64,000 nucleotides of DNA from Macrostomum lignano (lineage: Eukaryota), in the NCBI GenBank assembly GCA_002269645.1, contig NIVC01000606.1, forward strand, positions 449,231 through 513,230. Reading direction: 5' to 3'. Below, piece after piece: positions 1 to 12,734 of the stretch (position 1 is its first letter; each line of letters starts with the position of its first letter). The position numbers and the translations under genes are program-made. The notes under the pieces are model-generated. The model saw only the letters and a program-made list of their open reading frames with translations. It searched no databases and was not told the origin of the DNA.

Positions 1-109
1 CAATTGCTTCATTGCTCCCAGTTGCTGAGCCAGCGCTGGATCGCGGCGCTCGGAGACGGCAGCAGTGGGTGGCGGGGAATGAATGAAAAATTCTGTTATT
101 TGGCCAGCC

Positions 110-122
110 GTGAGCCAATCAG
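110..122 (+). promoter_or_regulatory. CCAAT box upstream of GPCR start
   Basis: GAGCCAATCAGC about 20 nt before ATG 138. The same AGCCAATCAGC context occurs at ~15093 before the 15202 gene. Confidence 0.35.
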
Positions 123-137
123 CTGGCAGCGGAATGC

Positions 138-3100
138 ATGACTATAAATTCCCATGAGCCCATGGATAGTAACCAGGCGAGGGGGCCATCCGTAGCAGTC
201 ATGGACAAGCAGTCTTTGTTAATGTTACAAGGCGCCGCCAATCAGTCTTTGTCGGCGACTACGGCCGGCGAGGAGGACTCGTTTCACATGTTTAAAAAGT
301 ACTTCATGTCCTGGTTCATGCCCATGCTGCTAGGCATCGGGTTCTGCGGCACGTCAATCAATTTGTACATCATAGTCATGTGCCGGGTGTTCCAGAAGAC
401 AACTTCTATTCTGTTCGCCGCACTGGCCATTGCCGACATCGTTAACCTGGTGTTTGCCGCCACCTACCTGTACGTGTCCGTCTATTGGGATTATGATCCC
501 ATGCGCTACTCGGCGGCCGGCTGCTATCTGGTGCCCTATCTGGAGGCTATTGGCTACTGGCTATCGCCATGGATACAGGTGCCACTTTGCAGTTTCTCTG
601 TACGATTCATTTTAGTAATGTAGAGAGTCCTCATCCATTCAAATCTGTGTGATTGGCTTAAACTCTATGACACAAAATTTCTATAACAAACCGTCTATGA
701 CTCAAACTGTCTATGATCAAACTGTCTATGATCGAACTGTCTATGATCAAACTGTCTGTGATCAAACTGTCTATGATCGAACTGTCTATGATCAAACTGT
801 CTATGATCAAACTGTCTATGATCGAACTGTCTATGATCAAACTGTCTATGATCAAACTGTCCACGACTCAAACTGTCTGTGATCAAAATGTCTATGATTA
901 AACTGTCTATGATCAAACTGTCTGATCAAACTGTCTGATCAAACTGTCTATGATCAAACTGTCTGATCAAACTGTCTGATCAAACTGTCTATGATCAAAC
1001 TGTCTGTGATCAAACTGTCTATGATCAAACTGTCTATGATCAAACTATCTGTGATCAAACTGTCTGTGATCAAAGTGTCTATGATCAAACTGACTATGAT
1101 CAAAATATCTATGATCAAACTGTCTATGATCAAACTGTCCACGACTCAAACTGTGTGTGATCAAACTGTCTGTGATCAAACTGTCTATGATCAACCTTTC
1201 ATAGACTCAAACTGTCTGTGATCAAACTGTCTGTGATCAAAGTGTCTATGAACAAACTGTCTATGATCAACCTTCCATAGACTCAAACTGTCTATGATCA
1301 AACTGTCTATGGTCAACCAATGACTCATACTGTCTATGATCAAACTATGACTCAAACTGTCTATGATCAAACTATGACTCAAACTGTCTATGATCAAACT
1401 GTCTATGATCAAACTGTCTATGATCAAAACCTGTCTATGACTCAAACTGTCTATGACTCGCACTGTCTATGATCAAACTGTCTATAGCTTAACTTCTGTC
1501 TCAAACTGTTTATGACTCAATCAGTTTATGACCCAACCTGTCTATTGACTAAAACTATCTATGGCTCAAAGTATTTGGTAAAATGTTTCAGAATATTAAA
1601 ATATTTAGAACTGGCTGGCAATGAGACAACCAGGAAAATTCGAGAAGTACAACTCAGACTCAGTGGCATGCGTGCTAGGCTGTTGAGCAACTGCAAACAT
1701 CTGATTTCCGGTGAAACATTTTGAAAATTGGTTCCCACTGAGGGAATCGGTGAACTGGGGCGAAATTATACGAAGCGAGAGCAGTCACGATTCTGGAGTA
1801 GTGGGATTTCAAGTTCGGGCTCTTCCCTCCCTTGTCATCCTCTCTGGTCCATCCGCTCCGTTAACAGCTTAGATGCGTCCTGAAAAGCACTTTTGCGATA
1901 AATAGCTTTTGGGTGGAACAGATTGATCATGCGTGCGCCCAGTGAGTGTGCATCTATCTGCCTATGTGTCATTGTCTGCCACACTGTCTGTGTTACTGTC
2001 TGTCATACTGTCTGTCATGCTGTCTGTCATACTGTCTGTGTTATTGTCTGTCATACTGTCTGTCATAATGTCTGTCATACTGTCTGTCATGCTGTCTGTC
2101 ATGCTGTCTGTCATGCTGTCTGTCATACTGCCTGTGATACTGTCTGTCATACTGCCTGTCATACTGTCTGTCATACTGTCTGTCATGCTGTCTGTGTTAT
2201 TGTCTGTCATACTGTCTGTCATGCTGTCTGTCATGCTGCCTGTGTTATTGTCTGTCATACTGTCTGTCATAATGTCTGTCATACTGTCTGTCATGCTGTC
2301 TGTCATACTGTCTGTGTTATTGTCTGTCATACTGTCTGTCATACTGTCTGTCATACTGTCTGTCATGCTGTCTGTCATACTGTCTGTGTTATTGTCTGTC
2401 ATACTGTCTGTCATAATGTCTGTCATACTGTCTGTCATAATGTCTGTCATACTGTCTGTCATGCTGTCTGTCATACTGTCTGTGTTATTGTCTGTCATAA
2501 TGTCTGTCATGCTGTCTGTCATGCTGTCTGTCCTACTGTCTTTCATGCTGTCTGTCAGTCATACCGTCCGTCCTAGTGTCGCAGTCGCATCAGCTGATTC
2601 GTTATAATTTTTCTAGCTGTTTTCTTTCTCCAAGTCTCACCTGGCGGAGCCCCCGAGTCGTGTCCGCGGTGTCTCCCAGGCTCGCCAGCTAATTAGCCAG
2701 CGGAAAAATGAGCTGTCACGAACCCCGGATGTGTCAATGGGCTGCACAGTGGCTGCCGCTTTGCATTTCTGTGTTAACAGGAAGCTGATTGCGCCTCTTG
2801 GCTGTGCGCTTCTTTGTTGTCAGAGAGCGATTCGGGCTCTCTGGCAGTCACTGAGCACTTTTGCTGTAGATTTGTGTAGACTGCAGGTTTAGAAATTTTT
2901 GTTTTAAAGATAGGCGCTTCAGAGTCCTCACTGCTAGTGTAAGACAGGTTTTGGCCTTTATAGCCATCTATGCAGGTACCCTGTTAAACCTCGTATTAAA
3001 GGGCCGTATCCAGGATTGTAGTATCTAAGGCTGGTATCTAAGGCTGGTATCTAAGGCTGGTATCTAAAGCTGTATCCAAGGGCTGGTATTCAAGTCGGTA

Positions 3101-6100
3101 TCCAAGGCTGGTATCTAAGTCTGGTATTCAAGTCTGGTATCCAAAGGCTGGTATCTAAGGTTGGTATCTAAATCTGGTTTCCTAAACTGGTATCCAAGGC
3201 TGGTATCTAAAGCTGTATCTAAGGGCTGGTATCTAAGGCTGGTATCTAAAGCTGTATCCAAGGGCTGGTATTGAAGTCTGGTACCCAAGGCTGGTATCTA
3301 AGGCTGGTATCTAAAGCTGTATCCAAGGGCTGGTGTCCAAGTCTGGTATCCAAGGCTGGTATCTAAGGCTGCAGTATCCAAGGCTGGTATCTAAGGCTGC
3401 AGTATCCAAGGCTGGTATCTAAAGCTGTATTCAAGTCTGGTATCCAAGGCTGGTATCTAAGGCTGGTATCTAAAGCTGTATCCAAGGGCTGGTAGCCAAG
3501 TCTGGCATCTATGGGTTGTATCTCTATATTTATCTATACCTAAGGGCGCATTTCTATATATAATTTTTCCTGTAGCCACGATAGGAAATGTAAATGATGA
3601 TTAAGCATTTTTAAGTAAAGAAACACTAGAAATCTTAAATTAACTATATAATCTTGCATGCAGTATTTCCCAGGCAAATCGCACTTGACCTGCCCGAATG
3701 ACTGACAGACTGATATTGGAATTTAATCTCCTATACTTTAAAGACAAGCCGGGTCCCGCTGGCAAAGAATTCATGCAAAAGATGGGTCAGTCAGAAGCCG
3801 GTCATGGGATTACTGAGATAATCTTGCCAAGAGATAAGTCCTGCTCCGCGGCTGCAAACATAACATTTGATAGCACAAGGGCAGAGGGCATCTGCTGCTT
3901 GGATCAAACAGATTCTGTAAAAAAACATGCGCGGCTGAAGGTTGCAAGTGCATGTCGCGTGACCCTTGTGTTAAACATGCGGAACTTATGTTGCTTGCAG
4001 TTCTGCTCAGATTCGGTTCTGTTCAGATTGTGTCGGATTGTGTCATGCTCAGTCAGATCTGTTTACATTGTGTCAGGCTCAGTCAGATCTGTTTACATTG
4101 TGTCAGGCTCAGTCAGGTCTGTTTACATTGTGTCAGATCCAGTCAGATCTGTTTAGATTGTGTCAGATCCAGTCAGATCTGTTTAGATTGTGTCAGGCTC
4201 AGTCAGGTCTGTTTACATTGTGTCAGGCTCAGTCAGATCTGTTTACATTGTGTCAGGCTCAGTCAGGTCTGTTTACATTGTGTCAGGCTCAGTCAGATCT
4301 GTTTACATTGTGTCAGGCTCAGTCAGGTCTGTTTACATTGTGTCAGGCTCAGTCAGATCTGTTTACATTGTGTCAGGCTCAGTCAGATCTGTTTACATTG
4401 TGTCAGGCTCAGTCAGGTCTGTTTACATTGTGTCAGATCCAGCCAGATCTGTTTAGATTGTCAGATCCAGTCAGATCTGTTTAGATTGTGTCAGATCCAG
4501 CCAGAGCTGTGTCAGATCCAGTCAGATCTGTTTAGATTGTGTCAGATCCAGTCAGATCTGTTTAGATTGTGTCAGATCCAGCCAGAGCTGTGTCAGGTCC
4601 AGTCAGAGCTGTGTCAGGCCCAGTCAGAGCTGTGTCAGGCCCAGTCAGAGCTGTGTCAGGTCCAGTCAGAGCTGTGTCAGGTCCAGTCAGAGCTGTGTCA
4701 GGCCCAGTCAGAGCTGTGTCAGGTCCAGTCAGAGCTGTGTCAGGCCCAGTCAGAGCTGTGTCAGGTCCAGTCAGAGCTGTGTCAGATCCAGTCAGAGCTG
4801 TGTCAGGCGTATCCTGCTGAACATTATACTCAAACCAAGCAAAGAGTCGCTGAGCACAGCATAAACGCAGCAAATTTGGCAACTTTGAGCCTAGCAAATC
4901 CGCCTCATCATGCTCATGAAGTCTTCCAGCAGAGAGCTGAGCGCTGTCCGTTGTAGGCAAGGTGGTTCCCCATTGCAGGGAGCTTCCGACTCGCATAGCT
5001 AATTGGGTTAGACTGTGAGCCGTTGCTCGGCTCTCATTCAGTTCCGCTTCGGTCATCCGTGTGCCTGGGGGGGGGGGGAATTTGCATTCGAATAGCTGCA
5101 GCTCGGGGCCTGAGCGAGGCGGAAGAATGCACTGATATTACTCAGGGAGTACAGTAGCTCAATAGAGACTCAGATCTACCTGTCAATATTTAGTTTTTTC
5201 CTAGCCTAGCTATGCGCCTCGTGTGTCTTTGTGAACGAGTGAGCCTTTGCTTTATCCGGGAGGTAAAGAAGGCTGAATTATTTTCTAGGCCAGCACTGCC
5301 CACACATGGCGGCTCTCGAATGTAATTAGTGCCGAAAATATGGGAAGCCTTGCCCATCAATCAACTTGTGTATTGATCAAAGTCTACCAGCTCCCCTAGC
5401 ACTCCACTGCTTGTGTCAAACTGAAGCTCAGCAGGCTTCAACTTTCATTGTCTGCTCGATGCACCGATTGGTCCTGTACCAACTGTGCTGATTGCAGCTC
5501 AATATGCACCGATTGGTCCTGTACCAACTGTGCTGACTGCAGCTCAATATGCACCGATTGGTCCTGTACCATCTGTGCTGATTGCAGCTCAATATGCACC
5601 GATTGGTCCTGTACCAACTGTGCTGACTGCAGCTCAATATGCACCGATTGGTCCTGTACCAACTGTGCTGACTGCAGCTCAATATGCACCGATTGGTCCT
5701 GTACCAACTGTGCTGATTGCAGCTCAATGCACCGATTGGTCCTGTACCAACTGTGCTGACTGCAGCTCAATATGCACCGATTGGTCCTGTACCAACTGTG
5801 CTGACTGCAGCTCAATGCACCGATTGGTCCTGTACCAACTGTGCTGATTGCAGCTCAATATGCACCGATTGGTCCTGTACCATCTGTGCTGACTGCAGCT
5901 CAATATGCACCGATTGGTCCTGTACCATCTGTGCTGACTGCAGCTCAATATGCACCGATTGGTCCTGTACCATCTGTGCTGACTGCAGCTCAATGCACCG
6001 ATTGGTCCTGTACCATCTGTGCTGACTGCAGCTCAATGCACCGATTGGTCCTGTACCATCTGTGCTGACTGCAGCTCAATGCACCGATTGGTCCTGTACC

Positions 6101-8831
6101 ATCTGTGCTGATTGCAGCTCAATATGCACCGATTGGTCCTGTACCATCAGTGCTGACTGCAGCTTAAATGACTTTTCATGTACAAGCCAGGGCATGCAAC
6201 TAAACTGCAGAGCAAGCCGTTCCTTTAAAAAAAGAAAATCAACAGGGGTCGCCTGATTGACAGCAGCGGACTGCGACAGCGATTAGGGGAGAATATCTGC
6301 TTGAGCTTAATCCGCTTTTTAGCTGAGATTTGTCCTGCGTGTGAGTGGCTTGGAGAAAGTTTTCTTTACAATTGCAGAAACAACTCCTTGAATTGCTGTG
6401 CAGAATTGCTGGAATTATTGGCTGTACTTATTGTCAGTTCTTCATGCTATTGTGTACTGAGCGATACATTTCGCATGCCCCACACATTTCACCGCCACCG
6501 TTTGGAGAAGTTGCCTAGCTGAGTAAAAATTGTCATAGTCACACTTCTCAATGTCTGGTTGAGTTGGTTTCGCACAGACTGCTCATACTTGTATTTATGC
6601 GCTTGATTGAGAGCTGCTCGCCTTGCTACCTTCCCGTCCTTGCTAAATGATTGAGTATTTCTCACGTTGGTCAATATCGAATTATTACAAATTTCAACAA
6701 ATAATCATTTCTGCCGATTAAATTGAAGGGTCAAAAGTACACACTTAGGTTGTCGGTTGAAATGCCTTTTAAAGTACACACTTAGGTTGTCGATTGAAGG
6801 GCCATTTAAAATGTAGACTTAGATTGTCGATAAAAGGGTCATTAAAAGTACACACTTAGGTTTTCAGTTTTAAGGGCCATTTAAAGTACAAACTTAAATT
6901 TCCGATTTAAAGACCATTTAAAGTACACACATGGGTTGTCGATAGAAGGGCCATTTAAAGTACACACTTAGGTTGTCGATTGGAGCGCCTTTTAAAGTAC
7001 ACACTTAGGTTGTTTCTTGAATTGAAGGGTCATTTTAAGTACACACTAAGGTTGTCGGTTTAAGGGCCATTAAAAGTATACACTTAGGTTGTCAGTTGAA
7101 GGGACACTTAAAGCACACACTTAGGTTGTCAGTTGAAGGGACATTAAAAGTACACACTTAGGTTGTCGATAGAAGGGACATTTAAAGCACACACTTAGGT
7201 TGTCGATAGAAGGGACATTTAAAGCACACACTTAGGTTGTCAGTTGAAGGGACACTTAAAGCACACACTTAGGTTGTCAGTTGAAGGGACATTAAAAGTA
7301 CACACTTAGGTTGTCAGTTGAATAGACATTAAAAGTACACACTCAGGTTGTCGATTGAAGGCTCAACCTCTGCCTGCACCCCCTTCCTGCAGGCGGTGAT
7401 CTCATTTCACCGGATGCTGGCCATCAGATTCCCGCTGCGCATCCGGCAGTGGCTGACAGCCAAGAGGACCCGCTACCTGCTGTGCGGCCTCTCCTCGTTG
7501 GTGGTCGGCTACGCCTCCATCGTTCCCGCCTGCCACCGATGGACGACCTCAGAGCCACCGGCTGGCGAGGGCGGAAACCGCAGCAGCACCTCTCCGAGGG
7601 AGCCGGGCAGTTCGGGCGTCTGCGACAAGCGAGGCCGCGAGTTCGTCATCTATTATTCTCACGGCCTGTTCGGCTCGATCGTGCCGTTCTTCATCATGAT
7701 TCTGTGCACCTGTCTCATTGTCTACTTTGTGTGCCAGAGCCGGAGTCACGTGATTCGCACCTTCCGACGCATGAGTGTCCGGCAGGCGCGACTGCTGCGC
7801 TCCCAGCTGGCGGGCCCCGGAGCCGGCGGTGGCACCGCAGCCGCCCCCGCCGCCCCTCGCGCCGCCGGCTGGTTCGGCACGCAGCGTCGGGCGCCACTTC
7901 AACTTCGGGCGCGTCGGCAAGTTCAGCGCCGGTGGCTGTGGCCACGGGATCCGGAACTGAACGGCGGATCACGCAGATGCTGATCCTCATGAATGTGACC
8001 TACTTTGTTACTAACGGCTTCGCCGGCCTCTTTTTGATCTCGAAGGTGCACCTGACCACAGGCGGAGGCTCCGAGTTCGCCCGGGTGTGGACCATGCTGC
8101 ACCGCTTCTTCGACGTCTGCGCCTGCGTCAACAACAGCACGAACTGGATTTTCTACTTGGTCTCCGGGCGGAAGTTTCGCGAGAAATTTTTCAGCTTACT
8201 GTTTGGCTGCTGCAGGCGCGGCAACGCCGGCGGCGCTGGAGGCGGCGGAAGCGCAGAAAGGCTGCGGCAGTTTCGGCTGCAGTCGGCTGCGGCCGCTTCG
8301 TCTCAGCAGATAAAGCTGAGGCAGCGCCAGCCTGTCTCGCGGTAGGTGCTGTGCATTTTTGTTCGTGCATTGCTACTTTGAGTAGCGAAATAATAATTAG
8401 GAATACTGTTTACTACTACTACAACTACAACTACTACTTCTACTACTACTACTCCCAGATATCCCGGCAATGATCTGTCCCAGCAGCAACAAACAGCAGC
8501 AACAAGCAGGGGATGCCGGCTTGGCCAAGAAAGCCAACGTTCGGCCATCTCAGCAGGCGGCGACAGTCCGAATTACAGCAGCGAAGCCGGCGGCAGCGGC
8601 AGCAGCGACGAGTTCACCGGTCTGAATGCTGAAGCAACCAACGGCTGCAATCGAAACAGCAGCCGACGTCGCCGCAGCGACCACAGTCCGGAAGAGGAAC
8701 GGCGGCCGCTGGTGGCTCTGGCGAAGGCTTCGGCAGTACAGGCTGCAGCGGTCGCGAGCGAGGCAGCCGACTGCCGGAGCAGCAAGCGCCGCAGCAAAGA
8801 GATCACCATCGACTGCACTTCCTCGGTCTAG
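138..8831 (+). CDS. Class A (rhodopsin-like) peptide-type GPCR; exons 138-578, 7393-8341 (frame break near 7800-7890), 8459-8831
   Basis: TM1 WFMPMLLGIGFCGTSINLYIIV and TM2 ILFAALAIADIVNLV. Phase-0 intron 579(GT)-7392(AG) joins SPWIQ to AVISFHRMLAIRFPL (DRY position = HRM). TM5 GLFGSIVPFFIMILCTCLIVY. TM6 RRITQMLILMNVTYFV and TM7 CVNNSTNWIFYLVSGRKFR lie in a second frame. Phase-2 intron 8342(GTAGGT)-8458(CAG) leads to an open C-terminal exon ending TAG at 8829-8831. AATAAA at 9286. Confidence 0.85.
685..1485. repeat. 15-bp minisatellite (ATGATCAAACTGTCT) in GPCR intron 1
   Basis: Directly visible tandem units with variants. Confidence 0.95.
1965..2560. repeat. 12-bp minisatellite (CTGTCTGTCATA-type)
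   Basis: Tandem units with ATA/ATG/TTA variants. Confidence 0.95.
3022..3510. repeat. Degenerate ~13-bp minisatellite (AAGGCTGGTATCT)
   Basis: Tandem degenerate units. Confidence 0.9.
4010..4806. repeat. Compound minisatellite: 30-bp unit grading into 21-bp unit (shared TGTGTCAG..CAGTCAG core)
   Basis: 30-mer TGTCAGGCTCAGTCAGATCTGTTTACATTG to ~4570, then 21-mer TGTCAGGTCCAGTCAGAGCTG. Confidence 0.95.
5458..6165. repeat. 45/43-bp minisatellite (GCACCGATTGGTCCTGTACCAACTGTGCTGACTGCAGCTCAATAT)
   Basis: About 16 near-identical units; some lack 2 nt. Confidence 0.95.
6722..7360. repeat. ~37-bp minisatellite (AAAGTACACACTTAGGTTGTCGATTGAAGGGCCATTT-type)
   Basis: Degenerate tandem units ending ~35 nt before the GPCR exon 2 acceptor. 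Confidence 0.9.
8410..8452. repeat. (TAC/AAC)n microsatellite in short GPCR intron
   Basis: Visible trinucleotide run just before acceptor 8458. Confidence 0.8.
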
Positions 8832-8914
8832 ACCCGACTTGACATCATGTTCTCATGTCCTCCTGACATGGCCCCGTGCCATTGTGTCTTCGTTTCCGAT
8901 CATGTTCCAATATG

Positions 8915-9182
8915 TACACTCATGTCCCCGTGTCTTCATGTCCCCGTGTCTTCATGTCCCCGTGTCTTCATGTCCCCGTGTCTTCATGTCCCCGTGTCTT
9001 CATGTCCCCGTGTCTTCATGTCCCCGTGTCTTCATGTCCCCGTGTCTTCATGTCCCCGTGTCTTCATGTCCCCGTGTCTTCATGTCCCCGTGTCTTCATG
9101 TCCCCGTGTCTTCATGTCCCCGTGTCTTCATGTCCCCGTGTCTTCATGTCCCCGTGTCTTCATGTCCCCGTGTCTTCATGTC
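8915..9182. repeat. 16-bp minisatellite (CATGTCCCCGTGTCTT) in GPCR 3' UTR
   Basis: Near-perfect tandem units between stop 8831 and AATAAA 9286. Confidence 0.95.
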
Positions 9183-9594
9183 TTCGATCATGTCTCCGTA
9201 TTGTCATGTCCCTGTCTTTTTTCTCATCTCCATCACCAGAGGATTTTGGGGTATTTGTTTAAGTCTCGCTTGAGTCCTTATTTCTAATAAAAAATTGGGT
9301 TGAAGTTCTGAAGATAATATTTTATTATAGTAAAAACTGCAATGTTGCATAATTGCTTGATGGCTGTGACAGCCATTATTTTTTATAGTCGCTGTTTTCT
9401 AAGAAAAAGTTTCATATTTCTGTTAATATATCCATATACATATACCTGTATTTTTTTAATATTTAACTCACCGCACTGATTCGAGCAGTGCATTATGTTT
9501 ACGAGCCGTATTAATTAAAGAAGCTTCATAAACAGTTTTCATTAAATTAGTTTATGCATGAGCTCGCAACCCAATGATTTCAGAAAAAACAGCC

Positions 9595-9790
9595 ATTGAG
9601 CCCTATTGGCTGCTAGCTGCAACCCCGCGCCTTCATTTCTAACCCATCTCGCCTAGCCACCTCACGCCTCTCACAGTACAGCCGTGCCCCCACCCCTCCC
9701 TCTCCGCTCATTGGCTAACAGCGCGTGGACCAATAGCCGATCGCCGACTGGCTCTCTGTCTGCCAACGTGGGGTGCGGTGGCGCTGAATC
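9595..9790 (+). promoter_or_regulatory. Cluster of CCAAT/ATTGG boxes and a GC-rich element upstream of caveolin exon 1a
   Basis: CTATTGGCTG (~9603), TCATTGGCTA (~9708), GACCAATAGC (~9728) and GGGGTGCGGTGGCG (~9770), 150-350 nt before ATG 9946. Confidence 0.45.
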
Positions 9791-9945
9791 GCAATATAGG
9801 ATGACACTTACTGGCAACAGCTTTTATACGAGTACGAGTAAGATAAAAAATACACGCCATTTGAGGCCGAGTAGTCTTGTCACTTCAAATCTCACCCCTG
9901 CGGTTGAAGTTCTGCATTGGACCTCGGCAGTAGCCAAAGATAAAA

Positions 9946-10266
9946 ATGCATACCAACTTTGCTATGAACAGTGTCGGAACCCACCCTAACAATATGGGCA
10001 GCAATATTAATATAAACACCAATAGTTTGCATAACAATCCTCACATTGCCGTGCCTGAGGAAGACTATAGCCCGGACTCTGCCCAGGAGCAGCCAAGCAG
10101 ATTCAATTTCAAAGGCAAGTCGCATCAGCAGCAGCAGCCTTGGTCAAAGCGACTGGTGCCATCGGTGCCCAAGGTAGCCGGAAACAGAGTGCGCTTTGAG
10201 CAGTTCCGAGCCGACAATTTGGACGTTGTGTCTCGCGATCCAGAAGGACTTAACAGCCACTGTAGG
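9946..10266 (+). CDS. CAV: Alternative first coding exon of caveolin (long isoform, splices to 11660)
   Basis: ORF ends LDVVSRDPEGLNSHCR|GTGAGT (phase-0 donor at 10267). This is homologous to the end of exon 11438-11539 (LSVTDRDPKEINQHLK). Confidence 0.75.
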
Positions 10267-11437
10267 GTGAGTGAGGCGATGCCTGAATAGCCTACTAGCA
10301 ACAGTAGTATATATAACATTTTGCGAGCAAAATATCGTTTATTATGTAGATAATATATAGTAGTAGTAGTAGTATCATTGACAAACTGATTTTGTCTAGT
10401 ATGAAGTTGGTCAAAATTTCCTCAAAATAAAATTGGTGCCACAATTGGGCAATTAGTTAGTCTATACAAGTGCTATTCAGCTGTCAGATGGATTGGTTGT
10501 TTGCTCTATTCTTGCTGTGTATTTGGGAGTTTTTTAAGCATTAAGTTGTTTTGAGTATAGCTAGATTCAGTGCCTCTCCCCACCCCACTTTCTCATTAGT
10601 CTCAGTTATTAAGTCCCCTCTGTACGCTCGTTCTTGTTCGTACTCGTAGGTGAGAAGTGCATTATTAAGAAACGGCGGATGAAGCCCCCCCCCTAACAAA
10701 TCGATGCACAATGGCCTCACCCCCGCTTCCTCTTCCCGCCTCTGCCTCACTGTCGCTCTACCTATAGCTATACTCTACTCTTGCTCAGTCTTTCGCTCAA
10801 GTAAGTATGAAGGCAAGAGTATTGGATTGAAGCCCCCCCCCAAGTGTGGCCTGTTAGTGCTTTCAAAAAGTTGAGACTCACTGCAGTGTGTGAACTAGGG
10901 GGTGGGGATGAATAGCTACACTAATCTGCTGCATGGGGGAAAAGTATCGAGCGGATCAGCCCGACAAGCAGTTTGCGTCCCAACTTGCACACTGACCCCC
11001 CCCCCTCTGGCGAGAGTCTCCGACTCTCTGGCAGGTGGAGGGAGGTCATAGCCAAGTCTGAGACACGCAGCAATGGCCAAGGGTGGGGCGTGTGCCCTAG
11101 CAGTGCACTGGGCGTAGCCCTTGGCCTTGCTGCCCCAAAATGCTTTGTTTAGTCTCGCCTCAGGGGCTGGCATCGTGTTTGCACAGAACGAGTGGCAGGG
11201 GAGCAGCTATTACATAGGGGAGCCAATCCTATGTATTCCCCATTCTCTCCCCTCCCCTCTCTCCCTCACCATTCCCACAGCCATTGCGGCTATGTAAAGC
11301 TTGTCCCCAGAGCATTTTTCAACTCTGCTCCGCCGCTTTCGCTTCTGTCATTCCCCTCACCCAGGCTTTCCCAGCAGACTAAATCCCCATTCTGAATTCA
11401 CGTATCAGTCTAATCAAGGGATTAACGCGAACTAGAA

Positions 11438-12366
11438 ATGGCCGCCGCAGTGGGTGGTGAACAGGTTGAAGTCAAGCTGGAGGAGAAGGACCTCAGCGTG
11501 ACCGATCGCGATCCAAAAGAGATTAATCAACACTTGAAGGTAGCGCCTGATGGTTCCCGGGGTTCGAATCCCGTTGTAGCTGTTTGAAAATCGGTTTGAA
11601 AAAAGATTAATTCGTAGCAGCTTTTTCGAATATCTCCCCCACGATTCGATCTTTCACAGGTAAAATTTGAGGACATAATCGCCGAGCCTGACCCAACTGT
11701 GTTCAGCTTTGATGGAGTCTGGGTGCTCAGCTACAAGGTGAGAAGATCAGCATCATTATCAGTATTTTTGTTGTAGGGTCCTGGAGCAGACAAGACTTAC
11801 CAGGCAACTAATTTAGTGCAGGGCATTGGTAGCTTTGTTAGCGCTGGACCTGTTCAAAAATTGAAGGACTTGATGACAGGTTTAGGGTAGGACTTGATGA
11901 CACATTTAGTGCAGGACTTGATGACAGGTTTAGGGTAGGACTTGATGACACGTTTAGTGCAGGACTTGATGACACGTTTAGTGCAGGACATTATAAGAGA
12001 CTAAGCCTACAGTGCCGGACTTGACGAAGCCCTCAGTGCAAGACTTAGCAACTGCTAAACCAGACATTGACTATCGAACCTCTTCTTCGCCACCCCCAGG
12101 TGTTCAGCTCCACGAAGCTCTGGTGCTACCGCATCACCTCTTTGATCTGCGCCATACCGGCCGCGATCTGCTGGGGCATCGAGTTCGCCTGCCTGTCCTT
12201 CTGCACCATCTGGTGCTGGCAGCCCAGCATCAAGGCCTATGAAATCTCGCTGTGGTACACGAGGCGCATCTTCGAGATCCTGCTGGCCGTGTTCCTGGAG
12301 CCCTGCTTCAACGCCATGGGGAAATGCCTCAGCCATATTGTGGTCACGGTCAAGCGCGAGGGCTGA
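11438..12366 (+). CDS. CAV: Caveolin, short isoform; exons 11438-11539, 11660-11737, 12100-12366
   Basis: Spliced product MAAAVGGEQVEVKLEEKDLSVTDRDPKEINQHLK|VKFEDIIAEPDPTVFSFDGVWVLSYK|VFSSTKLWCYRITSLICAIPAAICWGIEFACLSF... contains the caveolin signature FEDxIAEP and the hydrophobic hairpin. All introns are GT-AG, phase 0. Confidence 0.93.
11805..11990. repeat. ~25-bp minisatellite (TTAGTGCAGGACTTGATGACACGT-type) in caveolin intron
   Basis: About 6-7 degenerate tandem units. Confidence 0.8.
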
Positions 12367-12734
12367 AGACTACACAGCTGCTATCGCTCCCCGGACAAGC
12401 CACTCTTCCCAACATTCTATTTTGTTATTTGCTATTTAGAGGCTACTTTTTCTTTACAATGGACAACTTAATTTGTTCGTCTTCTAAACGTAAATATGAG
12501 AGACCTGAGATTCACATGCTGTTAGACATTTGTCCGTCAGTAGCGAGATTTTAAAAGTGTTTAAAGTCGTACTTAATACTTTATATACTGGCACTCTGAA
12601 ACCTAAAGTCACTTTCCAGAGTCGTACAAGCAAACTGAACAAGTATAAATTCTGGACAATACGCTTTACTGCCACTCTTCCGCTTCTCATTGGTCGAAAG
12701 CCGCATTGGCTCTCTACGATCCTTCAATTCCTCA

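Noticed and set aside
5458-6165. CRISPR-like appearance of 28-45-bp repeat arrays (also 40755-42830, 60755-61515)
   Set aside because: Units are directly adjacent with no unique spacers, there are no cas genes, and the context is eukaryotic introns.
649-6256. Many ORFs in GPCR intron 1 (649-1463, 1923-2607, 3698-5056, 5428-6256)
   Set aside because: They are stop-free readings of minisatellites in several frames and both strands.
7840-7870. Programmed -1 ribosomal frameshift in the GPCR
   Set aside because: No X XXY YYZ slippery site found; assembly error or a short intron is more parsimonious.
10600-11180. Possible LTR or polypurine-tract remnant (poly-C/G runs, 85-aa minus ORF)
   Set aside because: No LTR pair, PBS or recognisable RT/integrase motif.
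11540-11582. tRNA T-arm-like GGTTCGAATCCC in caveolin intron
   Set aside because: Isolated B-box-like motif with no upstream D-arm or A-box; at most a SINE or tRNA remnant.
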